A program made the translations under genes and the position numbers. A stretch of 64,000 bases of DNA. Source: a virus. Lineage: Duplodnaviria; Caudoviricetes. The stretch lies in the IMG/VR virus record IMGVR_UViG_3300035661_000005, one strand, 5' to 3'. Below, one piece after another: positions 27,618 to 37,097 of the stretch. Under the pieces are notes generated by a model that made no database searches, had not been told where the DNA came from, and was given only the letters and a program-made list of their open reading frames with translations. Each line of letters opens with the position of its first letter. The stretch's first letter is position 1.

Positions 27618-27629
27618 TAGGAGACGTCC

Positions 27630-28340
27630 ATGCCCGTCGATCGGAACAACTACATCTACAGGATGGGTACGGCGCCGAACACTCGGGCAGCCGTCTCCCA
27701 GAAGAACAAGGTCTACGGGTACTCCGTCGGCGCGAACGCCTTCGTGCAGCTGGGAGCTGTCAGCGAGTTCGGCTTCGATGAGTCCCGTGCGGTCGACCCG
27801 GTCCGTGGGGTCGGTTTCGGCGATCAGATCGCCGAAATGGTCCCTGGTGTGACCGAGCCGATGAGCCTCACGATCAACAAGACCCTGCTCTACACGGCCA
27901 ACCTCTTCCAGCTCTTCGGTTACAAGGGTGGGATCGACGGTCTCGCGAGGAGCCTACGGCACCACCGCTGGCCGTTCGACATCAAGCAGGAGCTGGTCTT
28001 CAGCGAGGTCGCCTCGAAGATGGACCAGGTCGGCCTCGCCGGTGCGAAGTCGGCGCAGGTGCAGCCGGGCGGCGGGGAGTTCCTGACGCCGGTCCAGGCG
28101 CTCTTGACCTTCTACGAGGGCTGCTGGATGAGCGCGTACAACGCGAGCTTCACGGCAGACGCCGCCATCGTGGCCGAGAACAGCACGGTCCTCTGCACGG
28201 ACGTGATCGACGGGCTCAGCCAGTACGGCGAGTTCATCGACACGGGTCTCTCGCCGGCCACGGCGGGTGGGGCTCCTGGCAAGGGCTACTCGCTCCGGTT
28301 CGCGAGCGGCTCATCCTTGTCGCCGGTCGTCCCGACGTGA
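27630..28340 (+). CDS. Tail tube protein
   Basis: LGAVSEFGFDESRAVDPVRGVGFG...EMVPG...SLTINKTLLY...PFDIKQE...YEGCWMSAYNASF...IVAEN fits the contractile tube fold; precedes chaperones and TMP; SD AGGAGA. Confidence 0.8.
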   Translation: MPVDRNNYIYRMGTAPNTRAAVSQKNKVYGYSVGANAFVQLGAVSEFGFDESRAVDPVRGVGFGDQIAEMVPGVTEPMSLTINKTLLYTANLFQLFGYKGGIDGLARSLRHHRWPFDIKQELVFSEVASKMDQVGLAGAKSAQVQPGGGEFLTPVQALLTFYEGCWMSAYNASFTADAAIVAENSTVLCTDVIDGLSQYGEFIDTGLSPATAGGAPGKGYSLRFASGSSLSPVVPT

Positions 28341-28348
28341 TCGGACGC

Positions 28349-28433
28349 GATGGCGTCAGCCTAGATGAAGATGGGATCAGAGAATTCCGGTTCCGCCCTA
28401 CGAGGTCGTCCCCCCGTCTAGGCTGCCGCCATC
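28349..28433 (+). promoter_or_regulatory. Structured intergenic element B between tube and chaperone genes
   Basis: GATGGCG-T-CAGCCTAGA 28349-28365 pairs with TCTAGGCTG-C-CGCCATC 28417-28433; contains AGATGAAGATGGGATC...TCCGCCC. Confidence 0.5.
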
Positions 28434-28444
28434 CTTAACCCAAG

Positions 28445-29578
28445 ATGGAGATGAGGATGGGTACGCTTTCCGCTCGGAATCTGACGCAGGCTCTTGCACA
28501 GGCCAAAAACATCGGCCTCGTGGAAGAGCCCTTCGTCATTGCAGGGCTCGCAGTCACGGTTCGCAACCTACGCCCGGATGAGCACGACGCCATCTACAAG
28601 GAGTGCCAAGGGCTCCAGGACGTAGAGTACATGAACGCCTGGCAGCTCGGGCATGCCTGCAGGGGCATCGTGGAGCTGAACGGGGTCGATCTCCGGGATG
28701 TCCAGTTCGTCGACGACGAGGAAGAGGACGCCAAGGGCAAGATCGTCAAGGTCAAGCGGGAGCTGCACACCTACCTGCTCAACAACGTGATCAACACGTG
28801 GGGCCGGGAGGTCATCTTCAACGTCTACCGCAAAGTCATCGACGCCATCGAGGCGGCGGAGCGGCGGGCCCAGGAGGGGATCACGTTCCGGGTCCAGGAT
28901 GAGTCGGCGGAGGACAAGTTCCGACGGCACATCGCGGAGGCCAAGGAGCTGGAGGACGATGTGCCGGATCGCATCCGGGACACCATCCTTTCGGAGCACG
29001 GGTACATCAAGCGGTCCACGGTCGAGGAGCTGGAGAAGGCGAACGAGAAGCTCGCCTCCATGGCGGCCCCGGAACCCGCTCCCGGGCCTGCACCCGTTCC
29101 GACCCCCGAACCCGCGGCAGTGGTGCCCCAGGCGGCCCCGCAACAGGCTCCCGAGCCCGGACCCCCGCCGGTCGACCGGATGGCGCACCTCCTCCGGAAT
29201 CGCAAGCCGCTGAACCAACAGCCGGCTGATGAGGTGGGTGTCCCGACCCCCGTTCCGACGCCAGCTGTCCCCCAGGTCCAGACGAGCCGTCCGACGCAGC
29301 CCGCCATTCCGGTCAACGCTACGCCCCAGGGTACTCTGACCGGCCGGTCGGCGGAGATGGCCAAGCTGGAGATGGACGCCGACATGATCGGTGCCCTGGA
29401 GGGGTCCACGCAGTCTCCTCCGATGGTGACACCCCAGACGGCGGTAGCGGGATCCCAGCCCATCCCGGAGCTGCGCCTCACGCCAGAGGGTCGGTTCGAT
29501 CCGAAGGCTGCGGCCGGGATCATCGACACGCCTCCCGTGGGGGGCATCAATCCCAGGTTCCGTCCCCCGCCGAGGTAA
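28445..29578 (+). CDS. Tail assembly chaperone 1 with Pro-rich C-terminal extension
   Basis: Between tube and TMP; VTVRNLRPDE...GIVELNGVDL chaperone-like pattern; start could be 28445 or a few codons later. Confidence 0.6.
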   Translation: MEMRMGTLSARNLTQALAQAKNIGLVEEPFVIAGLAVTVRNLRPDEHDAIYKECQGLQDVEYMNAWQLGHACRGIVELNGVDLRDVQFVDDEEEDAKGKIVKVKRELHTYLLNNVINTWGREVIFNVYRKVIDAIEAAERRAQEGITFRVQDESAEDKFRRHIAEAKELEDDVPDRIRDTILSEHGYIKRSTVEELEKANEKLASMAAPEPAPGPAPVPTPEPAAVVPQAAPQQAPEPGPPPVDRMAHLLRNRKPLNQQPADEVGVPTPVPTPAVPQVQTSRPTQPAIPVNATPQGTLTGRSAEMAKLEMDADMIGALEGSTQSPPMVTPQTAVAGSQPIPELRLTPEGRFDPKAAAGIIDTPPVGGINPRFRPPPR

Positions 29579-29581
29579 GCC

Positions 29582-30853
29582 ATGCGGGGGCGTAGGAAGG
29601 CGGCAGCTACATACGAAGATGAGCAGGCCGACCTACGCGGGGAGGCTGGGGAGGACGACTCCGACATCACGATCACCGCTCCCAAGGAGCCGGAGGTCAA
29701 CCCGGAGGTCTACAAGGACGTCACCGTCCTGCTGACCAAGGGGTTCCTTTACGTCCCAGCGATGATCGGGGATGTGTCCTTCGTCTTTAAGAGCCTCAAC
29801 CACCACGAGTTTGAGCTGGTGCGGCTTCTGAGTGGGGCGACGGACAACACCATCCCCCGGCGCTTCTGGGACCTGTTCCTGGCCAATATGGTCCTCTTCG
29901 TGGACGGGCTCAACGTCCTCGTCGATCGTCAGCGGCACATTCCGAAGCTTGCGGACACCTTCAAGGACATGCCGAATGCTGCTCGGCAGAAGCTGATCCG
30001 CCAGCTGTCCGATCTGAATCGCCGGGTTTCTAACGCTACGATCCTAGTCGAAGCCTACTCGACGGAGAGCTACTCCAGGTGGCGGTGGGCACAGGTTCAG
30101 GGGCTCGACCTCATGTCCCCCGCTCTGACGGGGATCGCGGGGACGGAGACGGTGGGCCTCTGTTGGGGGCAGCTTATCTGGCGTGCCCTCAACTACTACG
30201 AGGACGTGCGGCACCGGCAGGACGTTGACTGGGAAAACGCCAAGTTCGTGGGCGGATGTATGGCCGGAAAGGGCCTGCAGAAGATCCACAACCAGGACAT
30301 GCAGCGCCGGCAGAAGGAGCGGCAGGAGCGCTGGAATCACAAGGACCAGCTCATCCGACACGTGGTCTTCGGTGACCCGCTGGAGGCGGACAAACGCTAC
30401 GGCGGGGCGGAGGTTGTCCAGGTTGCGAGCACTGTTGAGGAGCTTGCTGACCAGGTGCAGCGGTCCCTCCGTGGCGAGAAGGACTGGCACGACGAGATGA
30501 TCGAGGCGCACGAGCGCACGATTCGGGAGCGCTTCCAGAGTCAGCGGGACCATCTCACGACCCTCGTGGAAGCGCGGGACGTCGAGATGGGTGGCCGCAG
30601 CGTGGTCGGTGGCACCGACATCGTGGGCCTCACGCCCGCTCAGGTGGCGGAGCGGATCGCTCAGCAGAAGGAACGGGAGCTGGCCGCACTGGCCTTGCCC
30701 GCCAAGCATCCCGAGTTGTTCGACGACAAGGTTGCTACCGTCATCGATCGCTACGGCCTTTCTGGGGCGATTCCGAAAACGGACGCCCCGACGGAGGGTG
30801 TGATTCCTCTTCAACCCCAGCGTAATGCAGGGAAGCCCTGGCGAGGTCGCTGA
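29582..30853 (+). CDS. Tail assembly chaperone 2
   Basis: FVFKSLNHHE...VLFVDGLNV resembles chaperone 1; directly precedes TMP; SD GAGGT. Confidence 0.55.
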   Translation: MRGRRKAAATYEDEQADLRGEAGEDDSDITITAPKEPEVNPEVYKDVTVLLTKGFLYVPAMIGDVSFVFKSLNHHEFELVRLLSGATDNTIPRRFWDLFLANMVLFVDGLNVLVDRQRHIPKLADTFKDMPNAARQKLIRQLSDLNRRVSNATILVEAYSTESYSRWRWAQVQGLDLMSPALTGIAGTETVGLCWGQLIWRALNYYEDVRHRQDVDWENAKFVGGCMAGKGLQKIHNQDMQRRQKERQERWNHKDQLIRHVVFGDPLEADKRYGGAEVVQVASTVEELADQVQRSLRGEKDWHDEMIEAHERTIRERFQSQRDHLTTLVEARDVEMGGRSVVGGTDIVGLTPAQVAERIAQQKERELAALALPAKHPELFDDKVATVIDRYGLSGAIPKTDAPTEGVIPLQPQRNAGKPWRGR

Positions 30854-33800
30854 TGGCCGATAACGAAGTAGTCACAGTCGAGATGGGTGTCGATATGTCG
30901 ACGGCCGAACGGGCCATGTCGACGTTTCGCAGCGTTTATGCGAAGCAGATCGGCCTCATCAAGAAGGCGACGGACAAGTCCACCGCGGGGATGGTGCGGG
31001 GCTTCAAGGCGTACTTCCGCCAGCAGTCGGACACCATCAAGGCGCAGACGACCGCTCTCGGCGTTCAGAAGAAGGCCACCGCGGAGGTCGAGCGCCTTAC
31101 CCGAGCCATTGAGGATCAGAGGGCTAGCCTTGATCATCTGATCAAGGCAAAGGCGCAGAGCATCACTCTTACTGAGAAGGAAAACGCTGAGCTTGAGGAC
31201 GGGCTGGCCGCGATCCAACGACGCACGACAGAAATGAAGGAGTACGCCAAGGTGGCCGAGGAGGCCTCCAAGGCTGCCAAGGAGGCCAAGACCCTCGCTG
31301 GTGCGAAGATCGAATTCCTCACGGAGGACGTCCAGAAGGTCTTCAAGGAGGGTGGGGAAGCTATTGCCGACTCCTTCCGATCGGTCTTGCAGAAGGATGC
31401 CCCCGAGGCTTTCAAGGGGTTTGGCAAGCTCCTCGCGATGGGCCTCAAGGGAACGGGCGGGCTCGGGAACAAGCTCAGCGGGGCTGGAAGCAAGCTGTGG
31501 GGCAAGGGTTCCGAGATGGCATCGAAGGGCGGTGCCATGAACAAGGTCGGTGGTATCAGCCTGGGCGTCCTGGGTGGGATCGCGAAGGCGATAGGCCCTG
31601 TTCTTCAGCTCGTCAGCAAGCTCGAACCCCTCGTCAGCATGCTCAGCTCTGTCGGCATGAGCCTGGTCAAGCTCTTCATCGACTCCGAGGCCGTGGTCAA
31701 GGACATCCACAAGGAGCTGCTCGCTACGGGTGGGGCGGGGGAATTCCTCTACACCACGTTCGACGGTGTGCATGCCAACGTACAGAAGGCTGATGGCGCT
31801 GCTGCCGATCTGGGTGGTACGCTTAAGAACATCACGGACTCGGCTCTGAATCTGAACCAGAGCATCAAGGGTATCAGTGATGTTGGCAAGCTCGCGAACA
31901 TGCAGTGGGGCATCCAGAAGGAAACCCACACGCAGGTCATCGGTGCGCTTGAGGCCGAGGGTGTCAGCCTCAAGGCGCTCAATAACCAGTACGCAGATCT
32001 CAACAAGAGGACGGCGGCTTTCTCGGATGACTTCGGGTCTGTGACGCAGCTGGCGGTCACCTACTCCCGGCTCATGGGCGTGTCGCTCCAGGACGTCACG
32101 TCCCTCCAAGCGGAGATGATGACGGAGATGGGTGCGAGCTTCGCGGACACGCAGATGGCCCTCCATCAGATGACGATGGGGGCGGTGGAGTCCGGTATCG
32201 CGACCAACAAGTTCTTCGGCATCATCCGGAGCGTCTCGGCGGACCTATCCCTCTACAACACCCGTATGGGGGACGCCGCGAAGATGCTGACCAACCTCGG
32301 GAAGGTCATGAGCGCCAAGAGCGCTCAGAAGTTCATGAGCACGGCGATGAACGCCGTGAAGGGCATGGGCCGCATCCAGCGTCTTCAGACGACGCTCCTC
32401 GCTGGCGGTGGGGAGACGGCTGAGATCGTCAAGCGCGACATCGAGGACACCCAGGAGGCTGTGGCCAAGAGCTTGGCAAATGCTGGTGGTCTCAACGTAG
32501 ACGTCGTTCAGAAGGCCCTAGCGTCCGGGAACGAAGAGCAGATCGCGCCGCTCATGGATGCTGTGAAGAAGAGGGCTCCCCACATGGTTGGTGAGCTGAA
32601 CGAGGCTCTTACGAAGTTGAGTATCAAGAAGGCCATGGCTGGCAAGGGTGACTATGGTGTCGGCCAGGCTGCGGGTGAGACGGGTCCGGCGGCGCAGCTT
32701 CAGATCATGCAGAAGGCCCTCGCGAAGTGGGGCGGGGGAAAGACCCTCATGGAGGGCGTGGGCTCCATCGGCATGGAGCAGATGGCGGAGAACCTCGGCG
32801 TTCAGCGTGATCAGCTCGACCATATGATCATGTTCGAGAAGTCGATCGACATGCAGCGGAAGATACTCAAAACCAAGCTCTCCGACCCGAAGGTGCAGGA
32901 GAAGCTCACCAAGGCTGGCATCAAGATCGGCAAGACCGAGGCGGAGACGACGGACGCCATCAACAAGGCGGGGTACGACCAGATCTTCAAGGCCCTCGAC
33001 GAGGGGGATCAGGAAGCCCTGAAGAAGATGACCGAGGAAGCCGACTACGCCAAGAAGATGGCGGACAACACGCAGACGACGCTGGACAAGCTGTCCACCC
33101 TGGTCGACTGGCTCATGGGCCAGTTCTACAACGTGTTCTTGGGAATATACGATGCCATCCTATCCCTGCCTATGCTTGGGGGTGAGGCAAAGGAGAAGCG
33201 CAAGGACCTCAAATTCATACAGTCGCTGAAGGACCAGAAGGATCCTGTCATTCAAGCTGCACTCAAAGCTGCTGCGGGGGCTGATCCCGGACACGCAGAG
33301 TGGGCATTTAGGGATGCTATCGCTAACGACCCCAAGACGGCCGCTCTTCTAAAATATCTGCATACGGTGAAGACCGACGCGGGGGAAGAGGCCCAGCGTC
33401 AGGTCGCAGTAGGCACCGCGATCAACTCTCTAGGAGAAGCGCAGCTCAAGAACAGTTATGCCCAGATGAAGGGGGCCAGGAATTGGGAAGACCTTGCGCC
33501 GAATTTGAAGAAGGGCTTCGAGGAGTCTTTGGCCAAATCGGGGCTCATGGAAGCGTACGATGAGCAGGTCACGTCGACCGGCCAGAATAGTCTCGATGCT
33601 ACCAAGCACGCCACCCGCTTTGGTGCGAAGTCGGGTGGCGTGGCTGGTGCTGTGGACGCCGCTGCGACTGTCGCGCGAGACACGAAGACCGTGAAAAAGT
33701 ACCGCATGAAGTCTGGCGTCGACGCCTATAAGGCGATGAGAGATGCCGGCATGTCGGAAGATATGATTGCGGAAGTAGCGGGTAAGGCAATGTCCGGCTG

Positions 33801-34629
33801 GTCTGCGGACCTTGGTACGGGACAGGTTGGTGCGGGAGCGATCAAAGGGGCAGAGATCCGCAAGCTGGTGTCCTCCTCTATGGGAGGCTCTGCTCCATCT
33901 ACGGTCGATACCGGGGCGATGGCCCCATATTCCGTAGAGGGAGCCGGTTTCACCTCTACGACGCCTGGGTCGGCAACGGGGACTGCGGTCGGTGCAGGGG
34001 GAGCCCCTGCCACGGCCACGTCGGCCCCTGCCACGGCCTCTGCGGGCACGTCGGCACCGGCCACCAAGGCGGACGCCAAGGCCACGACGGGGGCCATCGA
34101 GGCCCACACGGACGCAACGAAGGAGACGACCTCTGCGGTTGAGGGTCTCCAGCAGTTCGAGAAGCAGAAGAACGCGATGATTAACCCGTCGGTCTTCAAG
34201 TCGAAGTACCAGACGGAGATCGAGAACGGCACCCTCGACGCCCTACGAACGGCCCTCTGGGAATTCGCCCTTCTGACGCAGTTCGACAAGGTCGCCAAAT
34301 GGAAGGACACCTTCGGCGGCAATGTGAGTGACGCGAAGAGCGCTTTCGCAGCCGTGAATAAGTATTACGCCGACCGGCCGGCTGAGCTTGGCCTGAAGGC
34401 CAACGCAGCGGGTGGTGTGGTCACGGACATCGGAGCGGATGGAGTCGCTACCATCCGACCGGCGCCGGGTGAGGGGCTCACGTCCATCGGGAAGGGTGAG
34501 CGAATCGTCCCAGCGGGCGGTGGTGCTCAGACGATCGTCCTGGAACTTCGAGGTGACCTCGGCCGCCTGATTGAGGCCAAGGCGCAGGACACGATCGTCA
34601 AGCACACGGCAGCGTCGAGGTTCCGGTGA
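30853..34629 (+). CDS. Tape measure protein
   Basis: 1258 aa, helical, Ala/Gly/Lys-rich; after tube and chaperones, before baseplate genes. Confidence 0.8.
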   Translation: MADNEVVTVEMGVDMSTAERAMSTFRSVYAKQIGLIKKATDKSTAGMVRGFKAYFRQQSDTIKAQTTALGVQKKATAEVERLTRAIEDQRASLDHLIKAKAQSITLTEKENAELEDGLAAIQRRTTEMKEYAKVAEEASKAAKEAKTLAGAKIEFLTEDVQKVFKEGGEAIADSFRSVLQKDAPEAFKGFGKLLAMGLKGTGGLGNKLSGAGSKLWGKGSEMASKGGAMNKVGGISLGVLGGIAKAIGPVLQLVSKLEPLVSMLSSVGMSLVKLFIDSEAVVKDIHKELLATGGAGEFLYTTFDGVHANVQKADGAAADLGGTLKNITDSALNLNQSIKGISDVGKLANMQWGIQKETHTQVIGALEAEGVSLKALNNQYADLNKRTAAFSDDFGSVTQLAVTYSRLMGVSLQDVTSLQAEMMTEMGASFADTQMALHQMTMGAVESGIATNKFFGIIRSVSADLSLYNTRMGDAAKMLTNLGKVMSAKSAQKFMSTAMNAVKGMGRIQRLQTTLLAGGGETAEIVKRDIEDTQEAVAKSLANAGGLNVDVVQKALASGNEEQIAPLMDAVKKRAPHMVGELNEALTKLSIKKAMAGKGDYGVGQAAGETGPAAQLQIMQKALAKWGGGKTLMEGVGSIGMEQMAENLGVQRDQLDHMIMFEKSIDMQRKILKTKLSDPKVQEKLTKAGIKIGKTEAETTDAINKAGYDQIFKALDEGDQEALKKMTEEADYAKKMADNTQTTLDKLSTLVDWLMGQFYNVFLGIYDAILSLPMLGGEAKEKRKDLKFIQSLKDQKDPVIQAALKAAAGADPGHAEWAFRDAIANDPKTAALLKYLHTVKTDAGEEAQRQVAVGTAINSLGEAQLKNSYAQMKGARNWEDLAPNLKKGFEESLAKSGLMEAYDEQVTSTGQNSLDATKHATRFGAKSGGVAGAVDAAATVARDTKTVKKYRMKSGVDAYKAMRDAGMSEDMIAEVAGKAMSGWSADLGTGQVGAGAIKGAEIRKLVSSSMGGSAPSTVDTGAMAPYSVEGAGFTSTTPGSATGTAVGAGGAPATATSAPATASAGTSAPATKADAKATTGAIEAHTDATKETTSAVEGLQQFEKQKNAMINPSVFKSKYQTEIENGTLDALRTALWEFALLTQFDKVAKWKDTFGGNVSDAKSAFAAVNKYYADRPAELGLKANAAGGVVTDIGADGVATIRPAPGEGLTSIGKGERIVPAGGGAQTIVLELRGDLGRLIEAKAQDTIVKHTAASRFR

Positions 34630-34632
34630 GCC

Positions 34633-35310
34633 ATGCCCTACATCCGGTCCGCCAACGGCTCCAACTTCCGGAGGCGTGAGCTTCCGGGCGTCAGCGACGA
34701 GTACCAGCACCCCGCAGCAACCAAGCGGGGCGGGATCCCGTTGGCTTTCCAGGTGTCGAGCCCCTTCGACAGCCGGGTCGCCCTGCTACCCCACGCGCTC
34801 GTGATGCACGTGAACCCGGCGAGCTTCTCGGAGACGCACACGAAGAAGGTCGAACGGTTCCAGACCCGGGGCGGGTGGGTCGAGCAGCACTGGGGCGATG
34901 ACCTCTCGGAGATCTCCTGTGATGGGTCCACGGGGGCCTTCATCAACCTCTACACGGGACTATCGTCCGTCGTTCGGCAGCGGACCATCGCCTGGGACCG
35001 CTACAAGGATCTGTACGACCTCTACCGTCACAACGGGAGCGTCTACGACCCCTTCGGCAACATCGTCCTTCAGGGGCAGATCCAGCTCCTCTACGACCGG
35101 GGCATCTACCAGGGGACCTTCCGTAGCTTCGACGTGGAGGAGACCGAGGACTCGCCCTTCGCCTTCAAGATCAACTGGGAGTTCAAGGTCGAGAAGGTCA
35201 TCATCGCCTTCCCCACGCTCGGGGTTGAGGCGGCCTTCCCGAGGCCACCCGCGCCGCCCTTCCAAGCCATCAACCAGGGCACCCTGCAGACGGCAAAGGA
35301 GACGACCTGA
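34633..35310 (+). CDS. Tail-tube initiator / baseplate tube-like protein
   Basis: MHVNPASFSETHTKKVERFQTRGGWVEQHWGDDLSEISCDGSTG; follows TMP. Confidence 0.65.
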   Translation: MPYIRSANGSNFRRRELPGVSDEYQHPAATKRGGIPLAFQVSSPFDSRVALLPHALVMHVNPASFSETHTKKVERFQTRGGWVEQHWGDDLSEISCDGSTGAFINLYTGLSSVVRQRTIAWDRYKDLYDLYRHNGSVYDPFGNIVLQGQIQLLYDRGIYQGTFRSFDVEETEDSPFAFKINWEFKVEKVIIAFPTLGVEAAFPRPPAPPFQAINQGTLQTAKETT

Positions 35311-37094
35311 TGGCCAACTCTCGGATCTACCAGCAGATCGAGACGGCCGCTGGTCGGTGGGCACCCTGGGTCTACCGCGTCCTGTCCTACGGGAACCAGG
35401 GCTTCGAGCCCCAGGATGATCCGCTCACGCTCAATTACATCCCGCTGACGACGGCCAACATCCGGCAGCGGAACCAGCTGATTCCGTTCATCATCGGGCT
35501 GATTCCGCCAAGCGCCATTGTGACCGGACGGCTCCTCGACCGCTCGGCCTCCCTCCGGGTGACGGCCGGGACCAATGACGCCCTCGACGTTCAGCAGGAG
35601 ACAAGCGGACCCGGGATGGGGACGCGGACGCCCTTCTACGTCAAGACCCTGCCCCAGGAGTTCTACAACGCCTTCGTCGCCATGTGTAAGCGGCTCGGCC
35701 TGGACCCGTGGAGCGTCGTCCGGGTCATGATCAACGAGAGCCAGATGGATCCTACGAACATGAACCCCACCCCTCCGGGTGCGAAGGGGCTCATCCAGTT
35801 CACGTGGGACGGTGCCCAGACGGTCATGTCCCGGGCGGTTTTCGACAAATTCGAGACCCTCTCGGCGATCGAACAGCTACCCTATGTCGAGGCGGCCCTG
35901 AAGCGGACCACGAAGCCGGGGGCGACGCGAGGCGAGATCTACAGGGCCGTCTTCCTCCCTAGCGTCACTCCCGGTCCGGATGGTGAGCTGTGCCACATGG
36001 GCGGCCCCTACTACGGCTCGAATGCCGGGCCGAAGTTCGACGGCTGGGGTCTGGACGTCAACAAGGACGGCAAGGTCACGATCGACGATCTCGCTGAGAA
36101 ATCCAACTTCAAGCTGCCCGCCGACCTGGAGCGCAAGCTCCTGACGGCACTCGGGCAGGACCCCAGCGTCGTCGTGGACACGAAGGGCCAGCCTTCCAAC
36201 TGGTCTACCACGGGGTCCACGGACTCCAGCACGGCAAAAAAGGCGATCAAGACGAAGGCGGACCGCGACCTGAACGTCTCGGATCTAGGCAAACGACTCA
36301 CGGCTGCCCAGGCCGCTCAGTCGAAGGCACTGGCTGATGCGATCCAGCGGATGGCGGACACCCCGCCCCTGCAGCTTCTGGTCAACCCGACGAGCTTCAA
36401 GGTTGCGGGGTCCAAGATCATCAACGACGGCAACTTCGGGCGTAACGGGCCGATCGTCCAGCACTGGGGGGACGATCACGACAAGATCGACGTGTCCGGC
36501 AAGATCGCCGGCTTCTACGCGCTGGACGTCGGCAACGCAGGAGGTCCGGGGCTCACGCGTATGGCTCGGAGCTTCTCGGAGTCCTACCAGAACTTCCTGA
36601 GCCTCTACCTCATCTACCGCAACAACGGCGGCATCTGGCTCGACTCCTACGAGGATGCGAACCTTTCGAAGCCGAACAATCTCACGGTCGTGGGCTCCGT
36701 CTACATCTACTACGACGGGGTCCTCTACATCGGCTCGTTCGACAATTTCACGATCAGCGAGACGGACACGGCGCCATTCACGCTGGAGTACTCCTTCTCG
36801 TTCACCGTGAGGGCGTCGTTCGCCCTCGATCAGGTTGGCAACGGGAACCCGAATCCGGCGGCGGACTACGGCCTCAACAGCGGTCTATCGCTCGGCACGA
36901 CCACCTACCCGAATCTATCCCTGAGCCGCGGCGACCAGGCCGAATTGAAGGCGCAGGAGGTGGAGATCAGCGCGCAGGAGGCAAGTGACTACGCCGACTT
37001 CCTCAAGGCCACCGAGCAGACGCAGGGTAACACTGAGGCTCCCGTGACGCCGAAGCCTACCTTGAAGACCACCACGCTGCCGAAGGGGAAGTGA
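35310..37094 (+). CDS. Second tube-initiator paralogue with inserted SLT-type lytic transglycosylase
   Basis: SLT-like VMINESQMDP...AKGLIQF; DVNKDGKVTIDDL loop; C-terminal LVNPTSFK...QHWGDD.DKIDVSGKIAG homologous to 34633. Confidence 0.7.
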   Translation: MANSRIYQQIETAAGRWAPWVYRVLSYGNQGFEPQDDPLTLNYIPLTTANIRQRNQLIPFIIGLIPPSAIVTGRLLDRSASLRVTAGTNDALDVQQETSGPGMGTRTPFYVKTLPQEFYNAFVAMCKRLGLDPWSVVRVMINESQMDPTNMNPTPPGAKGLIQFTWDGAQTVMSRAVFDKFETLSAIEQLPYVEAALKRTTKPGATRGEIYRAVFLPSVTPGPDGELCHMGGPYYGSNAGPKFDGWGLDVNKDGKVTIDDLAEKSNFKLPADLERKLLTALGQDPSVVVDTKGQPSNWSTTGSTDSSTAKKAIKTKADRDLNVSDLGKRLTAAQAAQSKALADAIQRMADTPPLQLLVNPTSFKVAGSKIINDGNFGRNGPIVQHWGDDHDKIDVSGKIAGFYALDVGNAGGPGLTRMARSFSESYQNFLSLYLIYRNNGGIWLDSYEDANLSKPNNLTVVGSVYIYYDGVLYIGSFDNFTISETDTAPFTLEYSFSFTVRASFALDQVGNGNPNPAADYGLNSGLSLGTTTYPNLSLSRGDQAELKAQEVEISAQEASDYADFLKATEQTQGNTEAPVTPKPTLKTTTLPKGK

Positions 37095-37097
37095 CCG

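Noticed and set aside
29560-29590. Programmed read-through or frameshift fusing the two chaperones (TAA GCC ATG is in frame)
   Set aside because: The second gene has its own SD (GAGGT), no clear slippery heptamer is present, and the same stop-GCC-ATG spacing occurs at 34627-34635
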